DNA from: an uncultured virus (IMG/VR IMGVR_UViG_3300025108_000030)
Lineage: Duplodnaviria; Heunggongvirae; Uroviricota; Caudoviricetes; Kyanoviridae
IMG/VR virus record: IMGVR_UViG_3300025108_000030
DNA length: 64,000 bases
Strand: one strand, 5' to 3'
The position numbers were made by a program, and so were the translations under genes. Positions 56,181-64,000 of this stretch are shown here, in pieces (the first letter of the stretch is position 1; each line of letters starts with the position of its first letter). The notes under the pieces were generated by a model that saw only the letters and a list, made by a program, of their open reading frames with translations, ran no database searches and was not told the origin of the DNA.

Positions 56181-57829
56181 TGAGTACCTCTGACGTATAT
56201 CTTGGTAATCCCAATCTAAAGAAAGCGAATATTGCTCAGGAGTTTTCTCCTGAGGAAGTAGAAGAATATTTAAAATGTGCAGATGATCCCGTACATTTTA
56301 TTCTTAATTATATCAAGATCGTTTCTCTAGATGATGGTGTCATACCTTTTACTATGTACGACTTTCAAGTCGATATGGTAAAGAGTTTTCATGACAATAG
56401 ATTTAATATTGCCAAGTTGCCTCGGCAGTCTGGTAAGTCTACTATCGTTACAGCATATCTTCTTTGGTATGTTCTATTCAATCCCAATGTTAATGTAGCA
56501 ATCCTCGCAAACAAAGCAGCGACTGCTCGTGAGATGTTAGGTCGCTTGCAACTTAGTTATGAAAATCTTCCCAAATGGCTCCAGCAAGGTATCCTCCAAT
56601 GGAACAGGGGATCATTGGAACTGGAGAATGGCAGTAAAATTCTGGCTGCATCTACTTCCGCTAGTGCCGTCAGGGGCATGTCTTTTAATGTCATTTTTCT
56701 GGACGAATTCGCGTTTGTTCCGAACCATATTGCTGACCAGTTCTTTTCATCTGTGTATCCTACTGTATCTTCTGGTAAGTCTACAAAGGTAATTATCATC
56801 TCCACGCCACATGGGATGAACATGTTCTATAAGTTGTGGCATGATGCAGAAAAAGGCAAGAACGAATATCTCCCAACTGAAGTACATTGGTCACAAGTTC
56901 CTGGTAGAGATGCTGCATGGAAAGAGCAGACTATTAAGAACACCTCAGAGCAGCAGTTCAAGGTTGAGTTTGAGTGTGAGTTTCTTGGTTCTGTTGATAC
57001 ACTGATTAGTCCTACTAAGTTAAGGACTATGCCATATGTAGATCCTATAGCACAAAATAAGGGACTTGCAATTTATGAGAGAGTGATTCCAGAGCATAAC
57101 TATATTATTACGGTTGACGTTGCTAGAGGAACATCTAATGATTACAGTGCATTTGTTGTAGTAGATACGACAACTATGCCATATAAAGTAGTTGCAAGAT
57201 ATAGAAATAACGAGATCAAACCTATCATTTTTCCCAACATCATTATTGATGTTGCAAGAAATTATAATCAAGCATATATTCTATGTGAGGTAAATGATAT
57301 TGGTGGGCAAGTAGCAGATATTATTCAGTTTGATTTAGAGTACGAAAACCTTTTAATGGCAGCAATGCGTGGTCGTGCTGGACAACAATTAGGTCAAGGG
57401 TTCTCTGGTAAGAAGACACAACTAGGTGTCAAGATGTCTAGTGCTGTTAAGCAGGTTGGATGTTCTAACCTCAAAGCATTGATTGAAGAGGATAAACTTA
57501 TCATTCCTGATTATGAAACCATTGCCGAATTGACTACCTTTATTGTCAAGGGACAGTCGTTTGCTGCAGAAGATGGTTGTAATGATGACCTTGCTATGTG
57601 TTTGGTTATTTTTGCCTGGATGGCAATGCAAGAGTATTTCAAACAGATGCATGATAATGATGTGAGGCAACGCATCTATGATGATCAGAGAGAATCGATT
57701 GAACAAGATATGTCACCATTCGGTTTTATTAGTGATGGTATGGAAGATGAATACTTTGCGGATGCACAGGGAGATGTTTGGCAGGTTGCGGAATATGGGG
57801 ATAAGTCTTATATGTGGGAGTTTAGGTAA
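56180..57829 (+). CDS. gp17: terminase large subunit gp17
   Basis: YLGNPNLK; Walker A PRQSGKST; Walker B IFLDEFAF; ISTPHG; F..EFECEFLGS; VDVARG; NDDLAM. Confidence 0.98.
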   Translation: MSTSDVYLGNPNLKKANIAQEFSPEEVEEYLKCADDPVHFILNYIKIVSLDDGVIPFTMYDFQVDMVKSFHDNRFNIAKLPRQSGKSTIVTAYLLWYVLFNPNVNVAILANKAATAREMLGRLQLSYENLPKWLQQGILQWNRGSLELENGSKILAASTSASAVRGMSFNVIFLDEFAFVPNHIADQFFSSVYPTVSSGKSTKVIIISTPHGMNMFYKLWHDAEKGKNEYLPTEVHWSQVPGRDAAWKEQTIKNTSEQQFKVEFECEFLGSVDTLISPTKLRTMPYVDPIAQNKGLAIYERVIPEHNYIITVDVARGTSNDYSAFVVVDTTTMPYKVVARYRNNEIKPIIFPNIIIDVARNYNQAYILCEVNDIGGQVADIIQFDLEYENLLMAAMRGRAGQQLGQGFSGKKTQLGVKMSSAVKQVGCSNLKALIEEDKLIIPDYETIAELTTFIVKGQSFAAEDGCNDDLAMCLVIFAWMAMQEYFKQMHDNDVRQRIYDDQRESIEQDMSPFGFISDGMEDEYFADAQGDVWQVAEYGDKSYMWEFR

Positions 57830-57840
57830 GGATCCAAAAA

Positions 57841-57848
57841 TATAAATA
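57841..57848 (+). promoter_or_regulatory. T4-type late promoter
   Basis: Perfect TATAAATA upstream of gp18, which also has an AGGAG RBS. Confidence 0.85.
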
Positions 57849-57892
57849 ATCCTAGACAACCGATGTTGGAATTAATCTAGGAGACTTAAACA

Positions 57893-60145
57893 ATGGCAGT
57901 CAATCAATCCTCGCCAGGGGTAGTCATTCAGGAAAGAGACCTGACGACAATCACTTCACTATCAAGCGCAAACGTTGGAGTTCTTGCAGCACCATTTGAA
58001 CTTGGTCCAGTAGAAGAGATTGTAAACATCTCTACCGAAAGAGAATTAGTTGAGCAATTTGGTAAGCCAAATGACTACAACTACGAGTACTGGTACACTG
58101 CTGCTCAGTATTTGAACTACGGTGGCATCCTTAAGACCGTTCGTGTCAACTCGACCGCTTTGAAAAATGCAGTTGATACAGGTTCTGCTCCCCTGATTAA
58201 AAATCTTACAGATTATGAAACCACTATTGAAAATGCAAACAACACTTGGTCTTGGGCAGCAAAAACTGCAGGAACCAAAGGTAATTCTATCGGTGTCTTC
58301 GTAACTGATGCTGGTGCTGACCAGATTGCAGTTATTCCTGCTCCAGGTTCAGGTAATGAGTTTGAGTTTGTTAACGACGCTGCAGTAACTGCTGCTTCTG
58401 GTGCTGCTGGTAAAGTCTTCAAGTATAGTATTGTATTAACTGTCACATCTGTTGTTGGCGACTTCGTTCCTGGCACTAGTACAACTGTTGCCATTTCTGG
58501 TTCTAACGAGACTGTTAATGTTCTTGCTTGGGATCCTGCTAACAAAAAACTGGAAATCGGTCTTCCTGCTGGTGGTGTAACTGGTATCATTGCTGATGCA
58601 CAAGTTGTAACTCAGGGCACTAATACTGCTGAAGTTGCTACTGCTGGCATCGAACGCAGATTGTATGTTGCCAAGAATAAGGATAGCATCGACTTTGCTG
58701 CTGCAGATAGCATCGAAGATACAAACAGCAACGCTGCTGTTATTACTTCCGTTCGTGGTGAGTATGATGAGCGTGAGTATCTGCCTGGTGTAAAGTGGAT
58801 CAACACTGCTGCTCGTCCTGGTACTTCCCAGTGGACAACTACTGCTGGTGGTTTCCGTGATGAGATGCACGTCTTAGTTATTGACATTGACGGTGCTATC
58901 ACAGGAACAGCAGGTGCTCTTCTTGAGCGTTTCATTGGTGTTTCCAAAGCATCGGATGCCAAAACTTCTGTTGGTGAGACCAACTATTATGCAGAAGTTA
59001 TCAAGCAGCGTTCAGCGTATATCTACTGGGGTGAGCACGAGACCACATTGTTCTCTGCAGGCGCAAGTGCTTCCGATGGTACTTGGGGTTTAGCAGCATC
59101 TTCTCGTCAGTTTAATCTGGTGCGTTCCGTTGCTGGTACAACAGACTATCCTGCTGGTCGCACAACAATTGGTTCTGCTAGCAATGCTACCGCATACTAT
59201 CGTCTTGCCAATGGTGCTGACTATACACTATCTGGTGGTACATATTCAGTCGCCAACAGCGATCTTGCTACTTCATACGAATTAATTGCTGATCCAGAAT
59301 CACAGACTGTTGACTTCATCTTGGCAGGTCCTTCTGGTGCTGATGATCCCTCCGCTATTGCCAAGGTTACTTCATTGGTTAATATCGTTGAAGAGCGTCG
59401 TGACTGCATGGTATTTGTTTCTCCTCGTAGAGGAAATGTCATTGGAGTTTCTAACTCTACAACTGCAACATCAAATATCATCGATTTCTTCGATCAACTG
59501 CCTTCCTCCTCTTACGCAGTATATGATTCTGGTTATAAGTACATCTACGATAAGTACAATGATGTTTATCGTTATGTCCCTTGTAACGGTGACGTTGCTG
59601 GTCTTTGCTTACAGACAACTGAAGTCGCAGAACCTTGGTTCTCACCTGCTGGTTTCCAGCGTGGTAACTTGAGAAATGCAATCAAACTTGCATATACTCC
59701 TAACAAGACTCAACGCGACCGTTTGTATTCTGCTCGTGTCAATCCGATCGTTTCTTTCCCTGGTCAGGGCGTAGTTCTTTACGGTGATAAGACTGCACAA
59801 GGTTTCGCTTCTGCATTCGATCGTATCAATGTTCGTCGCTTGTTCCTCACGATTGAGCGTGTAATCAGCGGTGCTGCTAAGGCACAACTGTTTGAACAGA
59901 ACGATGAGTCACAACGCGCATTGTTCCTGAACATTGTCGAACCTTATCTTCGCGATGTTCAAGGTCGTCGTGGTGTAACTGACTTCTTGGTTAAGTGCGA
60001 CACTCAGAACAATCCTCCCGAATCTGTTGATCGCGGTGAGTTCTATGCTGAGATCTTCGTCAAGCCCACACGCACTATTAACTACATCACACTAACATTC
60101 GTTGCCACCAGAACTGGTGTTGCATTCAACGAAGTTGCTTCCTGA
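57893..60145 (+). CDS. gp18: tail sheath protein gp18
   Basis: SPGVVIQERDLT; FGKP; PWFSPAG..RG; RD.LY..RVNPIVSFPGQG..LYGDKT; AFDRINVRRLF; KPTRTINYI.L.FVA. Confidence 0.98.
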   Translation: MAVNQSSPGVVIQERDLTTITSLSSANVGVLAAPFELGPVEEIVNISTERELVEQFGKPNDYNYEYWYTAAQYLNYGGILKTVRVNSTALKNAVDTGSAPLIKNLTDYETTIENANNTWSWAAKTAGTKGNSIGVFVTDAGADQIAVIPAPGSGNEFEFVNDAAVTAASGAAGKVFKYSIVLTVTSVVGDFVPGTSTTVAISGSNETVNVLAWDPANKKLEIGLPAGGVTGIIADAQVVTQGTNTAEVATAGIERRLYVAKNKDSIDFAAADSIEDTNSNAAVITSVRGEYDEREYLPGVKWINTAARPGTSQWTTTAGGFRDEMHVLVIDIDGAITGTAGALLERFIGVSKASDAKTSVGETNYYAEVIKQRSAYIYWGEHETTLFSAGASASDGTWGLAASSRQFNLVRSVAGTTDYPAGRTTIGSASNATAYYRLANGADYTLSGGTYSVANSDLATSYELIADPESQTVDFILAGPSGADDPSAIAKVTSLVNIVEERRDCMVFVSPRRGNVIGVSNSTTATSNIIDFFDQLPSSSYAVYDSGYKYIYDKYNDVYRYVPCNGDVAGLCLQTTEVAEPWFSPAGFQRGNLRNAIKLAYTPNKTQRDRLYSARVNPIVSFPGQGVVLYGDKTAQGFASAFDRINVRRLFLTIERVISGAAKAQLFEQNDESQRALFLNIVEPYLRDVQGRRGVTDFLVKCDTQNNPPESVDRGEFYAEIFVKPTRTINYITLTFVATRTGVAFNEVAS

Positions 60146-60162
60146 TAATAGTTAACATAACT

Positions 60163-60189
60163 AAGAGACCTTACGGGGTCTCTTTTTTT
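60163..60189 (+). terminator. rho-independent terminator
   Basis: AAGAGACCT-TACG-GGGTCTCTT stem with UNCG loop followed by a T-run. Confidence 0.88.
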
Positions 60190-60208
60190 GTCTGAAAATA
60201 TGATTTGT

Positions 60209-60216
60209 AATAAATA
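60209..60216 (+). promoter_or_regulatory. T4-type late promoter
   Basis: AATAAATA upstream of gp19. Confidence 0.75.
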
Positions 60217-60247
60217 CTAGGGACAGAGACACCTGAGCAAAAAAACA

Positions 60248-60823
60248 ATGGCAAAAAGAGGAACTATTGACGATTTTAAAGCAAATGTCGCTTCGGACTT
60301 TGCGCGTCCTAATCTATTCCAAGTAGACTTAAACTTCCCACAAGGAATCATTAACAATTCTAGTCTGATTGAACTTGGTAAGTTCACTGTTCGTGCAGCG
60401 AATCTTCCCTCTTCCCAGATCGGTGTTATTGAAGTTCCTTTCAGAGGAAGAGTCCTGAAGATTGCAGGCGACAGAACGTTTGAACCATGGACCATTACCG
60501 TTCAGAACGATAGTCAGTTTGTTCTGCGTGATGCATTTGAACTTTGGGCATCCAGCATTCAAGCATACAACGAAAACTTCACTCAAGCAGGTGGTCTCGG
60601 AGATGCTGATGATGCTACTGGATACTTCGCTGACATGACTGTTCATCAGTTAGCACGCGATATCAAAGATGGAGAGTCCCCCAAGATTCTTAAGTCTTAC
60701 AGATTCTACAATGTATTCCCAAGTGCAATCGCTGCTATCGATCTTGACTTCGGTAACAACGATGCTATTGAAGAGTTCACTGTTGAACTTCAGACTCAGT
60801 ACTGGACTCCTGTACAGGGTTGA
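60248..60823 (+). CDS. gp19: tail tube protein gp19
   Basis: ARPNLFQV; AANLP.S.IG.IEVPFRGRVLKIAGDRTFEPWTITV.ND; IEEFTVEL..QYW. Confidence 0.97.
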   Translation: MAKRGTIDDFKANVASDFARPNLFQVDLNFPQGIINNSSLIELGKFTVRAANLPSSQIGVIEVPFRGRVLKIAGDRTFEPWTITVQNDSQFVLRDAFELWASSIQAYNENFTQAGGLGDADDATGYFADMTVHQLARDIKDGESPKILKSYRFYNVFPSAIAAIDLDFGNNDAIEEFTVELQTQYWTPVQG

Positions 60824-60833
60824 TTGAATCCTT

Positions 60834-60841
60834 GATAAATA
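60834..60841 (+). promoter_or_regulatory. T4-type late promoter
   Basis: GATAAATA upstream of gp20. Confidence 0.7.
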
Positions 60842-60868
60842 GAACAGGACCAGTTACTTAGAAATATA

Positions 60869-62473
60869 ATGTCTCAGCTCTTCGGTTTTTCACTGGAAAG
60901 AGCAAAGAAGGTCCCCAAGGGGCCTTCTTTTGTTCAAAAAGATAGTATGGATGGTTCGCAACCTATTGTAGGTGGCGGATATTATGGATATTCCGTTGAT
61001 TTTGATGGTGTTGTTCGTAATGATTATGAACTCATTTCTCGCTACAGAGAAATGGTAATGCAACCAGAATGTGATAGTGCAGTTGACGATATTGTCAACG
61101 AAACTATTTGCGGTAACTTTGATGATGTACCAGTAGAGGTTGAACTCTCCAACCTTAAGGCGTCGGATAAAATTAAAAAACTAATTAGAGAAGAGTTTGA
61201 AACTATTCTCAGTTTACTAGACTTTGAAAATCGTTCCTATGAAATTTTTCGTAGGTGGTATGTAGACGGAAGACTTTTTTATCATAAAGTAATCGACCCC
61301 AAGAATCCTGCTGGTGGTCTTGCCGAATTGCGATATATCGATCCTCGCAAAATCCGTAAGGTCACTGAGTATGAGCAGAAGAAACCCGATCAAATGCGTG
61401 GGTCTGATTTAAATCAGCAACTGACACAAAAGGCAGCAGAGTATTTTCTATACAATCCAAAGGGATTAAAGAATTCTACAAATCAGGGTATGAAAATTAC
61501 CACTGATTCTGTCACCTATTGCCACTCAGGTATTCAAGACCTGAACAAATCTATGACTCTTAGTCACCTTCACAAGGCGATCAAAGCAGTCAACCAACTG
61601 AGAATGATTGAAGATTCTCTGGTTATCTATCGTTTGAGTAGAGCACCCGAGCGTCGTATTTTTTATATTGACGTTGGTAATCTTCCCAAGAATAAAGCGG
61701 AACAATATCTTCGCGAAGTTATGGGACGCTATCGTAACAAAATGGTTTACGATGCAAACACTGGTGAGATTAAAGACGACAAGAAGTTTATGTCCATGAT
61801 GGAAGACTTCTGGTTACCTAGACGCGAAGGTGGTCGTGGTACAGAAATCTCCACACTCCCTGGTGGTCAGAATCTTGGTGAACTTGAGGATGTAAAGTAC
61901 TTCCAGAAGAAACTTTATAAGGCACTCAATGTTCCTTCCTCTCGTTTAGAAACAGAAACGACTTTTAATATTGGTCGTGCTGCTGAAATTACTCGTGATG
62001 AAGTTAAGTTCCAGAAGTTTATCGCTCGTCTTCGCAAGCGTTTCTCAGAACTCTTTACAGATCTTTTAAAAACACAACTCATTCTTAAGGGCGTCATGTC
62101 TCTTGAAGAATGGGAAGAGATGAAGAATCACATTCAGTTTGACTTCATTGCTGATAATTACTTCACTGAACTAAAAGAGATTGAAATCCGCAACGAAAGG
62201 ATGAACCAAGTTGCTGCTATGGATGCTTATGTTGGTAAGTATTTCTCTGTAGAATATATGCGTCGTCAGGTTCTGAAGCAAACAGACATTGAGATTAAGG
62301 AGATTGATGAACAAATCGCCGCTGAAATGGAAGCAGGTATTATTGCTGATCCTATGGCGGAAATGGATCCTGCTATGGATGCTGGCGGTGAAGGTGCCCC
62401 AGCAGCAGAAGTAGATCCAAATGCACAGGAATCTTCTGTTGATCCTGGAGATGTCCGCAGAGGAGAATTTTAA
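60869..62473 (+). CDS. gp20: portal vertex protein gp20
   Basis: FRRWYVDGR; NQLRMIEDSLVIYRLSRAPERRIFYIDVGNLPK.KAEQY; EDFWLPRREGGRGTEI.TLPGGQNLG. Confidence 0.98.
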   Translation: MSQLFGFSLERAKKVPKGPSFVQKDSMDGSQPIVGGGYYGYSVDFDGVVRNDYELISRYREMVMQPECDSAVDDIVNETICGNFDDVPVEVELSNLKASDKIKKLIREEFETILSLLDFENRSYEIFRRWYVDGRLFYHKVIDPKNPAGGLAELRYIDPRKIRKVTEYEQKKPDQMRGSDLNQQLTQKAAEYFLYNPKGLKNSTNQGMKITTDSVTYCHSGIQDLNKSMTLSHLHKAIKAVNQLRMIEDSLVIYRLSRAPERRIFYIDVGNLPKNKAEQYLREVMGRYRNKMVYDANTGEIKDDKKFMSMMEDFWLPRREGGRGTEISTLPGGQNLGELEDVKYFQKKLYKALNVPSSRLETETTFNIGRAAEITRDEVKFQKFIARLRKRFSELFTDLLKTQLILKGVMSLEEWEEMKNHIQFDFIADNYFTELKEIEIRNERMNQVAAMDAYVGKYFSVEYMRRQVLKQTDIEIKEIDEQIAAEMEAGIIADPMAEMDPAMDAGGEGAPAAEVDPNAQESSVDPGDVRRGEF

Positions 62474-62506
62474 TTAACTAAATAATACTAATAATGGATA
62501 CTTATT

Positions 62507-62830
62507 ATGCCGAGTGATATTGCAAACCAAATAGTTCAGCAAATTTTTAGTGATGACAAAGCGAAAGCAATTGACTCCATTAATGACGCTTTAGCATCTT
62601 CAACGTATGATGCTATTCAAGCACAAAAAGTTCAGTATGCTCAGAGTATGGGTTTTGAGTTAGATCAAACCGCGCAGGATTCAGCAGATGAAATCGCTGA
62701 TAGTTTGCCAGACGGTTCTGAGAATGCTCAAGATGTTGAAGTTGATGGGCGTATGCCGCATGAACCCCCTACTGATGAATTAGAACAACCTGTAGAAACC
62801 CCCGAAGAAGACAATGAAACTGATAGCTGA
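62507..62830 (+). CDS. prohead core protein, gp67-like
   Basis: Position between gp20 and gp21; helical N-terminus plus acidic tail; ACTAAATA late-like motif at 62477-62484. Confidence 0.65.
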   Translation: MPSDIANQIVQQIFSDDKAKAIDSINDALASSTYDAIQAQKVQYAQSMGFELDQTAQDSADEIADSLPDGSENAQDVEVDGRMPHEPPTDELEQPVETPEEDNETDS

Positions 62831-63458
62831 AGAAATTACTCAAGTAGATTTTCTCTGCGAAGAGAAAGAAGGCAAGAAGAATTACTTCATCGAAGGTATC
62901 TTCTTACAGGCAGAACTGCAGAACCGCAATGGTCGCATGTATAAATTACCAACTTTACAACGTGAAGTTGCTAAATACAGCGAGAACTATATTCAAAAAG
63001 GGCGTGCTCTTGGAGAATTAGGTCACCCCGATGGTCCTTCCATCAATCTTGATAGGGTGTCACATAAGATTGAATCTCTCAAAGAAGATGGAAACAACTT
63101 CATTGGTAGAGCAAAAATCCTTGATACCCCCATGGGTAATATTGCAAAGAACCTTCTTTCTGAAGGCGTCAGTCTTGGCGTTTCCTCTAGAGGCATGGGT
63201 TCTTTAGTCAAAAAAGAGGGTTGCAATGTCGTCGCAGATGACTTTATGCTTGCAACCGCTGCAGATATTGTAGCAGATCCATCTGCTCCCGATGCATTTG
63301 TAGACGGTATTATGGAAGGAAAAGAGTGGGTTTGGGACAATGGCATTCTCAAAGAGTCTGCTATTGCCGAGATCAAAACTCAAATTGATCAAGCAACTAT
63401 TATCAATCTGCAGGAGCGTAAAATCTCCGCGTTTGCAGCATTTTTAAAGAGTTTGTGA
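62814..63458 (+). CDS. gp21: prohead core protease gp21
   Basis: IEGIFLQAE..NRNGRMY; ALGELGHP; GVSSRGMGSL; DIVADPSAPDAFV.GIME. Confidence 0.97.
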   Translation: MKLIAEEITQVDFLCEEKEGKKNYFIEGIFLQAELQNRNGRMYKLPTLQREVAKYSENYIQKGRALGELGHPDGPSINLDRVSHKIESLKEDGNNFIGRAKILDTPMGNIAKNLLSEGVSLGVSSRGMGSLVKKEGCNVVADDFMLATAADIVADPSAPDAFVDGIMEGKEWVWDNGILKESAIAEIKTQIDQATIINLQERKISAFAAFLKSL

Positions 63459-63460
63459 TT

Positions 63461-63468
63461 TATAAATA
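63461..63468 (+). promoter_or_regulatory. T4-type late promoter
   Basis: Perfect TATAAATA upstream of gp22. Confidence 0.85.
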
Positions 63469-63507
63469 ATAAAAGATAACGCTACTATGCATAACGGAGA
63501 ATATCAA

Positions 63508-64000
63508 ATGTCTGAGACCCTCGACAAAAACTTAGATAATATGGAGTCTGTGACCGAAGGTTCCAACGCAGTTACTAAAGATGCTAAACCTGGCGAGAAG
63601 ATTGATACTTCTGGCAATGGAAATGCACCTTGCGTAGTTGATGTTACCTCGGATTCTGAAGAAGGCGCTAAAGGAACTAAGAACGCAGGCAAGTCTGCAG
63701 CAGCACCTGTAGGTAAAGCACCTGTTCCAAGCACTAAGCCAAGTGACGCATCTGCTAAAATGGAGGAAACGGAAAGTGAAGAAGAAGTCCTCGCTGAAAC
63801 CGACCTCGACTTTACTGAAGATGTTGACGCTCTTGTCGCTGGTGAAGACCTCTCAGAAGAGTTCCGTTTAAAAGCAGCAACAATCTTTGAAGCAGCTGTA
63901 ACCAGTCGTGTTAACAAAGAAGCAGCAGCTTTACAAGAAGCGTATGAATCAACGCTGACTGAAGAAGTCGAAAAGATTCAAACAGAATTGGCCGAGAAGG
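63508..64000 (+). CDS. gp22: prohead core scaffold protein gp22 (5' part, runs off the window)
   Basis: Read by hand from ATG 63508 (GGAG RBS): MSETLDKNLD...EDVDALVAGEDLSEEFRLKAATIFEAAV; the LSEEF..KA.TIFEAAV motif is typical of gp22; absent from the ORF track because there is no stop in the window. Confidence 0.92.
   Translation, partial: MSETLDKNLDNMESVTEGSNAVTKDAKPGEKIDTSGNGNAPCVVDVTSDSEEGAKGTKNAGKSAAAPVGKAPVPSTKPSDASAKMEETESEEEVLAETDLDFTEDVDALVAGEDLSEEFRLKAATIFEAAVTSRVNKEAAALQEAYESTLTEEVEKIQTELAEK

Noticed and set aside
56180..62473. Introns, inteins or homing endonucleases in gp17, gp18 or gp20
   Set aside because: Reading frames are continuous, with no intein or endonuclease motifs seen
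63504..63917. 137-aa minus-strand ORF
   Set aside because: Antisense shadow of gp22, which has a late promoter, RBS and family motif on the + strand
1..64000. tRNA or rRNA genes
   Set aside because: Intergenic gaps are short and I saw no cloverleaf or T-loop signature; a tRNAscan-SE run would confirm

Overview
64 kb from a T4-like (myovirus) marine cyanophage, with all convincing genes on the + strand. The first ~1.4 kb holds small early-type ORFs, sigma70-like promoters, cyanobacterial-type DnaA boxes and a C-rich to G-rich skew switch, together a candidate replication origin. The virion module follows: Cys-rich 852-aa protein, PAAR spike tip, gp25, gp6, a giant 6375-aa gp7, gp9-like, a 1405-aa structural protein, gp8, VrlC/DUF4815-like, a 1907-aa fiber and gp13-gp16. 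Next is an accessory island between gp16 and gp17, then gp17-gp21 and the start of gp22. Most notable: (1) three tandem helical domains inside gp7 resemble phycobiliprotein subunits, keeping the Cys-x-x-Asp motif (and in two copies the second GDC/GNC Cys), which suggests possible bilin-binding virion domains; (2) an ndhP-like ORF missed by the ORF track is coupled to petE-petF and followed by a chain of tiny membrane proteins, one weakly NdhQ-like, suggesting a cyclic-electron-flow cassette; (3) two baseplate proteins carry intact type-1 copper-site motifs; (4) a basic modular protein has T4-style capsid-targeting and gp21-cleavage-like motifs. All calls come from motif recognition by eye; no searches were run.
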